Source of the DNA: an uncultured delta proteobacterium
Lineage (GTDB): Bacteria; Desulfobacterota; Binatia; Binatales; Binataceae
Assembly (NCBI GenBank): GCA_963842085.1
Contig: CAWJET010000001.1
Location: forward strand, 2,496,001 to 2,560,000
DNA length: 64,000 nucleotides
Direction of reading: 5' to 3'
In this document: piece by piece, positions 28,865 to 38,278 of the stretch
Position numbering within the stretch: the first letter of the stretch is position 1
Layout: each line of letters begins with the position of its first letter
Notes under the pieces: model-generated
Told to the model about the DNA's origin: nothing
Databases searched by the model: none
The model's input: only the letters and a program-made list of their open reading frames with translations
Position numbers and translations under genes: made by a program

Positions 28865-30577
28865 ATGAGTGCGGCAGGCGAATCATCGCGCAGTATCGCG
28901 GTCGAGTTGGCGCTGCTGTTCCTGCGCGAACTTGAGCCGCTAGTCGCAGAAGCGCCAGAGCGGCTGGTGTCGACCGAGGCGGTACTGTCCTTTGCCGCGG
29001 TCAGGCGCGGGGACCCGCTCACCTGGCAACACTGGCGGAGGATTCTCGAGAAATACGAAAAAGCCGATCTGCTCGAGCACATGCTCGGCGCTCCGCTGCC
29101 CCTGGAGCACGGCGGCGACGGCGGATCGGCTGCGGACAGGCTGATCGGACTTGTGCTCGATTCCGGAATCGAGTTCTTTCACGATCCCGACCAGCACGGC
29201 TGGGCTTCCGTTCGGGTCGATGGCCACTTCGAGAATCACCCCATCCGCTCCCGTTCGTTCCAGCTCTTCCTGCTCCGGACCTATTACCGGGAGACCGGCC
29301 AGAGCCCGGGCGCACAAGCCATCCGCGCCACGCTCGAGCTGTTCGAGGCCAAAGCCCTGTTTGACAGTGAGGAATCGCCTATCAATCTGCGGGTCGCACA
29401 TCACCGGGGGAAACTCTATCTCGACCTGTGCGACCGTGCCTGGCGGGCGGTCGAGATCGACGCCGAAGGGTGGCGGATAGTAGATCGACCGTCGCCGAAA
29501 TTCCATCGCACCCGCGGCTCTAAGCCGCTGCCCGCACCCGAGCGCCGCGGCACTCTCGACGAACTGCGCCACTTCCTGAACGTCGACCACCAGGGCTGGA
29601 CTCTGATCAAGGCCTTTCTGGTCGCGGCGCTGCGTCCCGGCGTGCCCTGTCCGATCCTGGTCGCCAAGGGCGAGCAGGGAGCGGGCAAGACCACCGCCTG
29701 CAGAATAATCAGCGCGCTGATTGATCCGCGCACCGGGGCCCTGCGGGGCGTCCCCCGTGAAGTTCGCGATCTGACGGCGGCGGCCAGAAACTCCTGGCTC
29801 GTATGCTTTGATAACCTGAGTCACCTGCCTGAGGAGCTCGCTGACGCAGCTTGCCGGCTGGCCACCGGCGGCGGCTTCGGTGGCCGGGAACTCTACAGCG
29901 ATCACGAGGAGGCGACCTTCGACGCCACCCGGCCCATCGTGTTCAATGCGATTCCCGACCTCGGTGCCGCGCGGCCCGACTTTCTCGATCGTGCGGTGAT
30001 CGTGGAGTTGCTCGACATGAAGCCCGAGCTGCGCCGCGATGAGGCGCAGTTCTGGCGCGAGTTCGAGCAGGTACGACCGCGCATCCTGGGCGCGCTGCTC
30101 GATGCCGTCGTGGCCGGACTCGGGAATCTGCCCAAGGTCACGCTCGAGCAGACGCCCAGAATGGCCGACTTCGCCGTTTGGGTCAGCGCGTGTGAGAGAG
30201 CTTTGGGGTTGGAAAGAGGGCAAGCGTTAGATGCCTACCGGGCCAATTGCGCCGAAGCGCGCAATCTCGCACTCGAGGCATCGCCGGTTTATGAACCCGT
30301 TGCCCAACTGGCCCTGGAGGGCTTTAGCGGGACGGTCACAGAACTGCATGCGCGGCTCACCAGCATGACAAGCGAGAGCATGCGCCGCTCGGTACGCTGG
30401 CCCAAGGCGCCCAATGCGCTGAGCAACGCACTGCGCCGTATGGCAAGCAACCTGCGCGCAGTCGGAATCGAGATCCAGTTCAGCCGCGCCAATATCCAAG
30501 GCAGACGCGTGGTATCCTTGGTTTCTGTTTCCGAACCCAGGAAAAGATCGTCAGTGATCGTCAGTGACCGTCAGTAG
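28865..30577 (+). CDS. P-loop ATPase, probable replicative helicase of a phage/satellite-like element
   Basis: Walker A GEQGAGKTT, Walker B-like LVCFDNLS, CRLATGGGF..RELYSD, RPDFLDR, PRMADF; C-terminal wHTH-like WPKAPNALSNALRR. Confidence 0.78.
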   Translation: MSAAGESSRSIAVELALLFLRELEPLVAEAPERLVSTEAVLSFAAVRRGDPLTWQHWRRILEKYEKADLLEHMLGAPLPLEHGGDGGSAADRLIGLVLDSGIEFFHDPDQHGWASVRVDGHFENHPIRSRSFQLFLLRTYYRETGQSPGAQAIRATLELFEAKALFDSEESPINLRVAHHRGKLYLDLCDRAWRAVEIDAEGWRIVDRPSPKFHRTRGSKPLPAPERRGTLDELRHFLNVDHQGWTLIKAFLVAALRPGVPCPILVAKGEQGAGKTTACRIISALIDPRTGALRGVPREVRDLTAAARNSWLVCFDNLSHLPEELADAACRLATGGGFGGRELYSDHEEATFDATRPIVFNAIPDLGAARPDFLDRAVIVELLDMKPELRRDEAQFWREFEQVRPRILGALLDAVVAGLGNLPKVTLEQTPRMADFAVWVSACERALGLERGQALDAYRANCAEARNLALEASPVYEPVAQLALEGFSGTVTELHARLTSMTSESMRRSVRWPKAPNALSNALRRMASNLRAVGIEIQFSRANIQGRRVVSLVSVSEPRKRSSVIVSDRQ

Positions 30578-30698
30578 GAAGGCCGGCTTCTGGGCGCGTT
30601 TTGACCGGGTTTCCGTCGGAAAATATGGGAAACGTCCTGCGATTCGGTGATGGTTGTTCAGGACTACTACCCACTGACGATCACTGACGATCTTTTCC
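30540..30698. repeat. 27-bp perfect inverted repeat built of 10-bp iterons (putative replication origin)
   Basis: GGAAAAGATCGTCAGTGATCGTCAGTG (30540-30566, then a third CGTCAGT) and CACTGACGATCACTGACGATCTTTTCC (30672-30698). Confidence 0.8.
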
Positions 30699-31748
30699 GG
30701 GGTTTCAGGACATCGCCAGGCCGATAGACGAGGTGAAACTGCTGAACGACGCCGACCGCGGAAGTCGCTCGATATAAAAGCGCCGGTGGCGCCACGTTGC
30801 CTCGCGTGATGGGTGCGGGGACCGATTGCTTCCGCGAATTCAACGTGTGCGCCCCCCGCGTGCTCGCGGGGCATCGACCGGCTTGCCACCACAATCGCAG
30901 ACCGCAGCCTCAGAAGCGATCTCATCCGCAAGCGCCGTGACGAGCAGCACAGCCGGTGCAGTCCCCGGCGGCATACCAGGGCTCTTGTGTGGCTCCGCGA
31001 CGATCTTCATATGGATGCCCTCGAACAGCCTCGTACAGTTCCGGAGTGGTACGACGCGCCGAAGAGCTCCCCATTCCCCGACCAGGTCCGATGACCGCCG
31101 CCGCGCACGCATTGCTTCGTTTACCGAGTCGGAATGCGGATGCTGCCGCGAGCCGCAGTGGATGCTCGACGGAACTCCGGTCAGTGGTGGATGTGAGATG
31201 CAGCTGATGATGACGGCCTCGAGACCCCCCGCTGCTCCCTGCGGGTTCGAGCAACTCGCGCGCGAGCTGATCGCCGCAAAATGAGGGGGGCGCGCAAGCG
31301 CCCCGTCGTCGATGAACCAACAGATTCAAGTGGTCGAGGCCGACTATCAAATCCATCGTATGCCTCCTTCGCCGCCATCAGGGCTGAGGGTAAATTTGAG
31401 CGCCGGACGGGCGACCTCGCGGTACGACGACGCACACCCCGCGGTAGGGATCCGCTGGGAGCATGCAGCTAAACTCCTTGTCGTTTGACTGTTGACAATC
31501 TGTCACATGCGCTGTATTTCGTGCCTTCTAATGATGGGGAGCTCCTGCTACAGCATGCGCGGTTTACTCGAGGGGGAAGCCCCCTGTTCCCCCCGGAATT
31601 ACCGAAGAAATGCCTAAACCAAAAAGGTTGACGGTCCTGCGCTTGCGCCACAAACATCCGCGAAGTCACCGGCGTTGGATTTAGCCTGCATCGCAGAGGC
31701 GCGACCTGGTTCGAACTCGGCTCGGCCTGCGATCGTCACCGGTACAAA

Positions 31749-32026
31749 CTACAAAATAATGCTTGGGGGGCTCTTGACGTTACGTTGTGTTTTCTGCAAG
31801 ATCGGGCGCGATTTCGGAGGGCTGAGTGAATTGGGGGGGCTTTTGGCTAGACTTGAACGAAGGCGATTAGAGAGAAGTCCATAGCCACCGCTATAAATAA
31901 TGTTCTGCCGGGCTCTTGACTGCACGTTGTGTTTTCTGGAAGATTGTGCGCCATATAGCGGGGCAGAGTGAATTGGGGGGCTTTTAGCTAGACTTGAACG
32001 AAAGCGATTAGGGAGGAGACTCAATG
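31749..32026 (+). promoter_or_regulatory. Tandemly duplicated (142-bp period) promoter + leader upstream of the NHL gene
   Basis: TTGACG-17-CAAGAT at 31774 and TTGACT-17-GAAGAT at 31916, each followed by GAGTGAATTGGGGGG..CTAGACTTGAACGAA.GCGATTAG. Confidence 0.75.
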
Positions 32027-35000
32027 GTTAGGGGGAAGTGTGGACGCGTTTCTTTGGTGGCGGGATTTTCGGTCGCGACGGCGACTGCACTGCTCTTCGC
32101 GCTCCTGCATTGGACGACGGGCATAGGGCCACGCAGCGCTGAAGCGGCTGTAGCTTCACCTGCCACTCTCAGCCATGGTGTGTTTTCGGCCGATGCAGTT
32201 CTGGGGCAGGGCGGGGCCATGACGCCGGAGGACTTCACACAGTTCGGCGCCAACCAGGGCCAGGACATGATCGCTGCGATGGCGCTTCCAACCGGCACCG
32301 CCGTCGATGGTTCAAATCACTTGTGGGTCGTGGACTTCGGCAACAGCCGTGTGCTCGGGTATACGAACGCTTCCGCGTTTACCAACGGTCAACCGGCGGC
32401 TATCGTGCTCGGTCAGCCCGATTTCTACTCGGGACTTTGCAACATCAGCGATCACGATGGGGTAATCGACTCGTTCTTCGGGGTCCAGATGCTGACGAGC
32501 CAGGAGACGCTCTGCGGCCCGACCGGCGTCGCGGTTGACGGGGGAGGCAACGTGTTCGTCTCGGACACGCTGAACAACCGCGTGGTCGAGTTCAACAATC
32601 CTTGGAGCTCGGGCATGACGGCCGGACAGCCGGCGGACGTGGTATTCGGCCAGACGGACTTCACCCGGAACTTTTGCAACGGCGCGGAAGGGGCATTTGG
32701 GAGCCCCAGCAGCGAAAGCCTGTGTTTCCCGCTTGGTATAGCGACCGACACCGCGGGTAATCTTTACGTTGCGGACACCCTGAACTTCCGCGTATTGCAA
32801 TATTTGGATCCCTTGGGTAACGAGCCGAATACGATCGGTCCAAATGCGCACTTTGTCTACGGACAGGACAGCTTTGTTTCGACCGATGATTGCACTGCGG
32901 TGACCGAGACTATGACGGGCGTAGAAAATCGCTGCTATACGACGCCGAGCACGACCTGGACCTGCACCAGCGCGGTCACTACTGGATGTCCAGCCGGCTA
33001 TATATTCGATGGAATGGACAGTCTGTGTCATCCGCTTTCTGGCACGGGTGGCCCCGCAATCCCTCCGCTCGCGCTCTGCGGCGGCGTGCCGTTCTTCGCG
33101 GCAAACTGCCTTGACTTCCCGATTGCAGTTGCGACTGATCCCGTAACCGGCGCATTGTGGATCACAAACAACGATGGTGATTACGATTACGCGGATGACG
33201 TTTACCACTACGCCTCGACGACCGCGACGGTCAGCGATTTTCAGCTGAACGCTACGGGTCCAACTTGGGCCAACGGGGAACCCGAATTCTCCGGTACGCA
33301 TGACGCCGGCGGAGTGGCGGTCGACACTGGCGGAAATCTGTACATTACCGACATCGCCGACAACGAAGTGCTCGAGTTTCCGAACCATCAACATCCGGGT
33401 CCAGGTATCACCACCTGCGACACCCCCGACGCGGAACTTGGAAACTTTCCCCCGACCGGTGGTGGCAATCCCTTGGTGGCGCCCGATCTGTCGCCGGGAG
33501 GCTTATCCGAAACTCTGGACTGCGATGAATACTTCGTTTCCACCGGCACTCCGACGTTCGTGGAGCCGAACGAGTTTTTCGAAGGGTTTGGCTTCCCGTA
33601 TCAGAATAACGTCTGCTTCAGCTTCGACCTCAGCTTTATAGCGCCGCCGGATGTCACGGTGAAGCCGGATATCCCGGTGAACGAGAACGGCTTCGACTGG
33701 CTGCCGTTTGTTGCGCTGGACAAGGACGGCAACGCCTACGTCAGCGACCCGCTCAATAACCGAGTTATGCGGTTCAATCTCGGTATCAACGGCAGTGGAG
33801 GCAATGCTGGCGGCGAGCTGGGTCAGGTTGATTTCCAACACTTCAACTTCAATCTTGCTAGTTTCCTGACCTTCGGTCGCGGTATCGTCAATTACACCAA
33901 TCAAACGGGAATCGCATCGCTTGGTGAGGATATCTTCTTCACGATTTTCGATATCGGTGACGGCGAGATAACCGGCACGATTCCAAAAGGCAGTGCGGCC
34001 TTTCATGCGTCAAGCTCCGCATCGTTACCGTTGGGCGGCAAAAAGACCCATACCTTCGCCTCGTTCGATCTCAATGCTCTGGCGAAGAAAGACTCCAACG
34101 GTAACCTGCCGGCTACCGCAAGCGGCGGTGTGACGTTCCCTGCCAACATGCCAATGGACGCGGTTGCGGTTGATAGCACCACGCAGCCCAACGGGGTGTA
34201 CGTTTCGGATGCGGGGAACAGTCGCGTGCTCGGTTGGCATAACGTCGAGAGCTTCGCAAACGGTTCTCCTGCGGACGTGGTCATCGGGCAGGGCGGAGGG
34301 GTGGAAGGTGATATCGGGTCCTTCTTCGCGTTCTCGGAGCTCGAGAAATTCTCGACCCTGGATCCATTCGGCTCCTATCTGAACTCGATCGACGAAGGCT
34401 TGGCAGGCTGTAACAATACCCTCGACGGCGAGCCGGCGCTCGACAGTCTGTGCTTTCCGATGGGTATCTGGGTTGACGGGTCAGGAAACCTCTGGGTCGC
34501 GGATACTCTCAATAGTCGCGTCATGAAGTTCCCGAGCCCGCTGGCAGCCTTCCATAGCAAGCACCAGCAATCGGCCTTTGTCGCGAGCGAGTTCATCGGC
34601 CAGCCCAGTCCCGATGACTACTTCTGCGACAACACCCCGCTTGATGTCGGGAGTGTTTTTCCGGCTCCCACGAACCCGTTCTCACCGAACGAGCTCTGTC
34701 TGCCAACCAGCGTCTCGACCGACAGTTCGGCGACGAACGTGTTTGTCGCCGACTTTTACAATGACCGTGTGGTGCAGTTCGTCTCACCCGTTACACCGTA
34801 CCCCGCGGCAGTGGCCGTATACGGACAGAACGACCTATTCAGTGACGACGACTGCGACGATGTCACGGCGAGCTATATGTGTGGGCCCAGCGACGCCAAG
34901 CTGGACAGCGGCGGCAACCTCTGGGTAACGGACTTTGGATTTAACCGGGTGCTGGAATTCCTCCATGCGACCCCTGCTCCAGCTATCCCGCCGGCCGCTT

Positions 35001-35917
35001 CGGTGGTGCTAGGCCAGGAAGGGTTCTCGGACTGTGGCTGCAACGTGCCTAACGACGCCGATACCGGCGATTGCGGTCTTGAGGACATCGGCTACGAGAG
35101 CGGGCCTGGTGCGAATACGCTCTGCGGACCGACGGGTCTCGGCTTCGACGGCGGCGGCAACCTGTACGTTGCAGACATGTTCAACAACCGGGTCCTTGGC
35201 TATGCCGATGCCATCGTCAACGAGGAGAACGCCACGCTGGTGATCGGACAGCCGAACTTTAGCACGGCAGTATGTGACGTAGATGCAGATGCCGCTTTCT
35301 TTAGCAGCGTCATCAATGATGACCTCCCGACCTTCCTGCCCAGTGACGTGGCGTCTTCGACCACGCAGTGTCTGCCAACGTTCGTTGCGCTTGACAGGCT
35401 GCAGGATCTGGTGGTCTCCGACGCCGGCAACAACCGTGTGTTGAAGTACGACGGGCCGTTGTTCCCATCGGTGGTGCCAACGCCAACGCCTACGCCAATT
35501 GCGCCCACGCCGACGCCTACGCCGACGCCGACGCCAATCGGGCCCACGCCCACGCCGACGCCAATCGGGCCCACGCCAACGCCGACAGCTACGCCTACGC
35601 CGGTAAATGCGGTCTTAGCATTGTCGCCGGGGGATCAGACGGCCGGTAAGGTAAAGAAGGGCCACACCAGTACGGTGACGTTGTCGCTGATGAATACGGG
35701 TACTGCCACAGCGACAGGGGTGAGCGTAGTGCCCCTCGCACCCCCGTTCTCCGTGGCAGGGACCACGTGTGGTACGACCCTCGCTGCCGGAACAACGTGC
35801 ACAATCCACGTGGCGTTCTCGCCGACGAAGAAAGGGAAGTACTCGGCCACAGTGACGGTGGACAGTACCAATGGCGGGTCTCCGGTGGCTACGGTGACAG
35901 GCAAGACGCCGAATTGA
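32024..35917 (+). CDS. Large secreted NHL-repeat (beta-propeller) protein with Pro/Thr linker and C-terminal Ig-like (ASH/choice-of-anchor D-like) domain
   Basis: Signal peptide; many P.G.AVD..GNLYVAD..NNRV repeats with VLGQ.DF spacers; PTPTP linker; TCGTTLAAGTTCTIHVAFSP; GGAGG RBS. Confidence 0.88.
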   Translation: MVRGKCGRVSLVAGFSVATATALLFALLHWTTGIGPRSAEAAVASPATLSHGVFSADAVLGQGGAMTPEDFTQFGANQGQDMIAAMALPTGTAVDGSNHLWVVDFGNSRVLGYTNASAFTNGQPAAIVLGQPDFYSGLCNISDHDGVIDSFFGVQMLTSQETLCGPTGVAVDGGGNVFVSDTLNNRVVEFNNPWSSGMTAGQPADVVFGQTDFTRNFCNGAEGAFGSPSSESLCFPLGIATDTAGNLYVADTLNFRVLQYLDPLGNEPNTIGPNAHFVYGQDSFVSTDDCTAVTETMTGVENRCYTTPSTTWTCTSAVTTGCPAGYIFDGMDSLCHPLSGTGGPAIPPLALCGGVPFFAANCLDFPIAVATDPVTGALWITNNDGDYDYADDVYHYASTTATVSDFQLNATGPTWANGEPEFSGTHDAGGVAVDTGGNLYITDIADNEVLEFPNHQHPGPGITTCDTPDAELGNFPPTGGGNPLVAPDLSPGGLSETLDCDEYFVSTGTPTFVEPNEFFEGFGFPYQNNVCFSFDLSFIAPPDVTVKPDIPVNENGFDWLPFVALDKDGNAYVSDPLNNRVMRFNLGINGSGGNAGGELGQVDFQHFNFNLASFLTFGRGIVNYTNQTGIASLGEDIFFTIFDIGDGEITGTIPKGSAAFHASSSASLPLGGKKTHTFASFDLNALAKKDSNGNLPATASGGVTFPANMPMDAVAVDSTTQPNGVYVSDAGNSRVLGWHNVESFANGSPADVVIGQGGGVEGDIGSFFAFSELEKFSTLDPFGSYLNSIDEGLAGCNNTLDGEPALDSLCFPMGIWVDGSGNLWVADTLNSRVMKFPSPLAAFHSKHQQSAFVASEFIGQPSPDDYFCDNTPLDVGSVFPAPTNPFSPNELCLPTSVSTDSSATNVFVADFYNDRVVQFVSPVTPYPAAVAVYGQNDLFSDDDCDDVTASYMCGPSDAKLDSGGNLWVTDFGFNRVLEFLHATPAPAIPPAASVVLGQEGFSDCGCNVPNDADTGDCGLEDIGYESGPGANTLCGPTGLGFDGGGNLYVADMFNNRVLGYADAIVNEENATLVIGQPNFSTAVCDVDADAAFFSSVINDDLPTFLPSDVASSTTQCLPTFVALDRLQDLVVSDAGNNRVLKYDGPLFPSVVPTPTPTPIAPTPTPTPTPTPIGPTPTPTPIGPTPTPTATPTPVNAVLALSPGDQTAGKVKKGHTSTVTLSLMNTGTATATGVSVVPLAPPFSVAGTTCGTTLAAGTTCTIHVAFSPTKKGKYSATVTVDSTNGGSPVATVTGKTPN

Positions 35918-35971
35918 CCGCCCTCTGAACAGAAGAGCCCAGACTGCAAAACGGTCTGGTAGGTAACCAAT

Positions 35972-36006
35972 CGCGGGCCCTGTTGAAGACCTCAACAGGG
36001 CCCGCG
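35972..36006. terminator. Perfect 15-bp stem-loop after the NHL gene
   Basis: CGCGGGCCCTGTTGA-agacc-TCAACAGGGCCCGCG; no U-tract, so terminator or mRNA-stabilising hairpin. Confidence 0.55.
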
Positions 36007-36086
36007 GTGCGAAAAGGGAGTTTATGTATTCCGACCGCTCAGGCTTAACCACCAAATCAACATTGAACACAGGGGCGTTGCGTGGC

Positions 36087-36695
36087 ATGGAGGGAAACCG
36101 CAGAAGGTTTGGCTTTCAGTTGGCGGTGTTGGCGGCTGTAACGTTCTTGCTGTCAGGCGCTGAGGGGTTCGCTTGGGCGGCGGTGGCAGCCAAACCCGAG
36201 GACAAAGCTGTCGCGACGGGTGATCACTGGAAGATAACCGAAAGCGAACTGGACCAGCAGGCCAAGCCGCAAATCGAGTTGCTGGAAAATATGATGAAAC
36301 AGGCGCGCGCAAGGACGCTCAATGCGATGATTGATCGCCGCGTTTTAGATGAGGCGGCCAAGGCCGAAAAACTTACACCCGATGAATTGCTCAAGCACGA
36401 AGTGGACAGTAAGGTTCCTCTCCCCAGCGACGCCGAGGCGAAAGCGTTCTACGACCAGCACAAGAATCTTTTCAGCGCGCCTTATGAGAAAGTCAGTGAC
36501 AAGCTCAAGAAAATGTTGCAGATACGCGAAATTTCCAAGCGCCGCGTTGCTTTTGTCGCAGACCTTCGCAAAAAGGAGAATGTAAAGGCCGATATACTCA
36601 TGCCATCCGAAGGCAGCGTTGGGCCGCGGCCTGGAGGGACGCTGGGTCTGCAGGAATTGCTCAGAAAGAGAATACCGGCCGCGGGTAACCAATAA
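36087..36695 (+). CDS. SurA/PrsA N-terminal-like periplasmic chaperone
   Basis: Signal peptide; VATGDHWKITESELD, LNAMIDRRVLDEAAK, PSDAEAKAFYDQHK, FVADLRKKENV. Confidence 0.72.
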   Translation: MEGNRRRFGFQLAVLAAVTFLLSGAEGFAWAAVAAKPEDKAVATGDHWKITESELDQQAKPQIELLENMMKQARARTLNAMIDRRVLDEAAKAEKLTPDELLKHEVDSKVPLPSDAEAKAFYDQHKNLFSAPYEKVSDKLKKMLQIREISKRRVAFVADLRKKENVKADILMPSEGSVGPRPGGTLGLQELLRKRIPAAGNQ

Positions 36696-36974
36696 AAGCC
36701 TTTTGGGAGGATTGAGGGATGGGCCGTGCAAAGGCCCGACGCTCTTCGAAAGCCGCGGTGGTCAGCGCTTGATCAAGGCGGCGGCAGCGCCCGCCAGGGT
36801 TTCGCCGGGCGCCGAGCTCCCGCTTGTAGAAATTTGCGCTTGCTCGCCCTTTGGCAAAGGGACAGGGCGGGGGACCCACTTTATCCGCATAGTCTGTAGC
36901 ACAGACCCGCCGGCGCGGCAGAAGGTGTCGAAACAAATGCTCTGACCTTCTCTGCCTTACTAAGCTTCGCGCGC

Positions 36975-37530
36975 CTCAGCAACGCCGACAGCCAGAACTA
37001 CATTGGAATTACAGTCTATCCGCTCGATCCAAAAGGCGTTGGTTCCAACAATTTCGTCGAGATAGTCAATCTGCTGAATCAGGTGTTTGATAAGGCCGGT
37101 AATGCTCCGACCAATCCGACCCCGTCGGCAGCTTGTTCAGCGCAGTCACAGGATCCTCAACCTCGAGTGCCTACGTGGACCCCACGGGCCAGTCAGACCA
37201 GCTACTTGAGTCCGACAGTTGTCGGCATAGGAGCGTTTGGCTTCGATAGGACGGCCATGCTGGCGTGAATCCGGGCTTTGTCTACTTCAATTTGGGAACC
37301 AGCAGCTCGACCTCGAACTTTTCAAGCGTGCTGCCGGCGACCTGGAAGGTCCTGCGCCTTTTCCCAGCTGCACGCCAATCTACACGGTGGTACTCACCGC
37401 GCCAGAGTTTGACGATCCGCAGGATGAGCTTCGGATCTTCAACTTCACGTCAAATTTCTCGTCACCCAGCGCCTCGACCTTCACGGCGCGCTCGGAAAGT
37501 CCAATCGCAACCGATTCGTTTCAACGCGAA
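36975..37530 (+). pseudogene. Degraded secreted-protein gene fragments
   Basis: VYPLDPKGVGSNNFVEIVN..QVFDKAG, GAFGFDRTAMLA, FVYFNL pieces in shifting frames. Confidence 0.45.
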
Positions 37531-37670
37531 CCTGTGGCATTCCGCAACCGGGAACGGGGTGAAGGATCGAGCGAACGGCCAACATGCCTGTCATGCCGGG
37601 GTGAGATACTATTGAGAATTGCATAATATAGTTACAATGGAAAGAGGTCAGTTCACTCCGGCGCGTCGCT

Positions 37671-38024
37671 GACTGGTGCCGGCGTCATCGGCACGAGCCG
37701 GTGCGCGAACAGTGGGTCGCGCTCAGGCGGAAGCTGCTCGGGCACTATGGGTATTTCGGTATCACCGGAAATTCCCCAGCGCTGTATAACTTCCGCTACC
37801 GGGTCGTTTGCGCGTGGCGCAAGTAGTTGAGTCGTCGCTCGCAGCGAGCCTACATCTCCTGGGACCGAATGGGCCGTCTATTGCGGCATTATCCGCTGCC
37901 GCAGTCGCGCCTCCGTTCCGTCTCGGTCACGTGAGTGAATCCGTGGGCCGAAGAGCCGGATGCGATAGTCTCGCATCTCCGGATCCGTGGGAGCCTCGGG
38001 GAGCGATTCCCGAGGCGACCCGAC
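37671..38024 (+). mobile_element. 5'-truncated group II intron: maturase C-terminus plus domains V and VI
   Basis: Translates DWCRRHRHEPVREQWVALRRKLLGHYGYFGITGN...WRK*LSRRSQ..SWDRM..HYPLP; DV GAGCCGGATGCG..CGCATCTCCGGATC at 37953; DVI CTCGGGGAGCGATTCCCGAG with bulged A, ending CCCGAC. Confidence 0.9.
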
Positions 38025-38278
38025 AAGAGGCAATAGGATCAGACACGTCCCTTCGCCGCCATTACTTCCGCTGGATGGCTTGCTCGATCGGCATACGCGA
38101 TATTGAAGCGGCCGGTGGCTCAGGGGGTACCGGCGAATTGGTAGAGGTTAGGGCGTCGTCATCGGTGGTGGCTTCTCGGCGACATCTGCGCCGCGTTCAT
38201 CTCCGTCTCCGGTCCGCATATGCCGCTCACGCCCGCGGCTATTGCGCGGCAAAACGCCGAACTGTGGCATCGTCACGC

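Noticed and set aside
31489-31507. TGACA-atc-TGTCA palindrome as an FNR/CRP site
   Set aside because: Spacing and bases do not match either consensus; no clear target gene.
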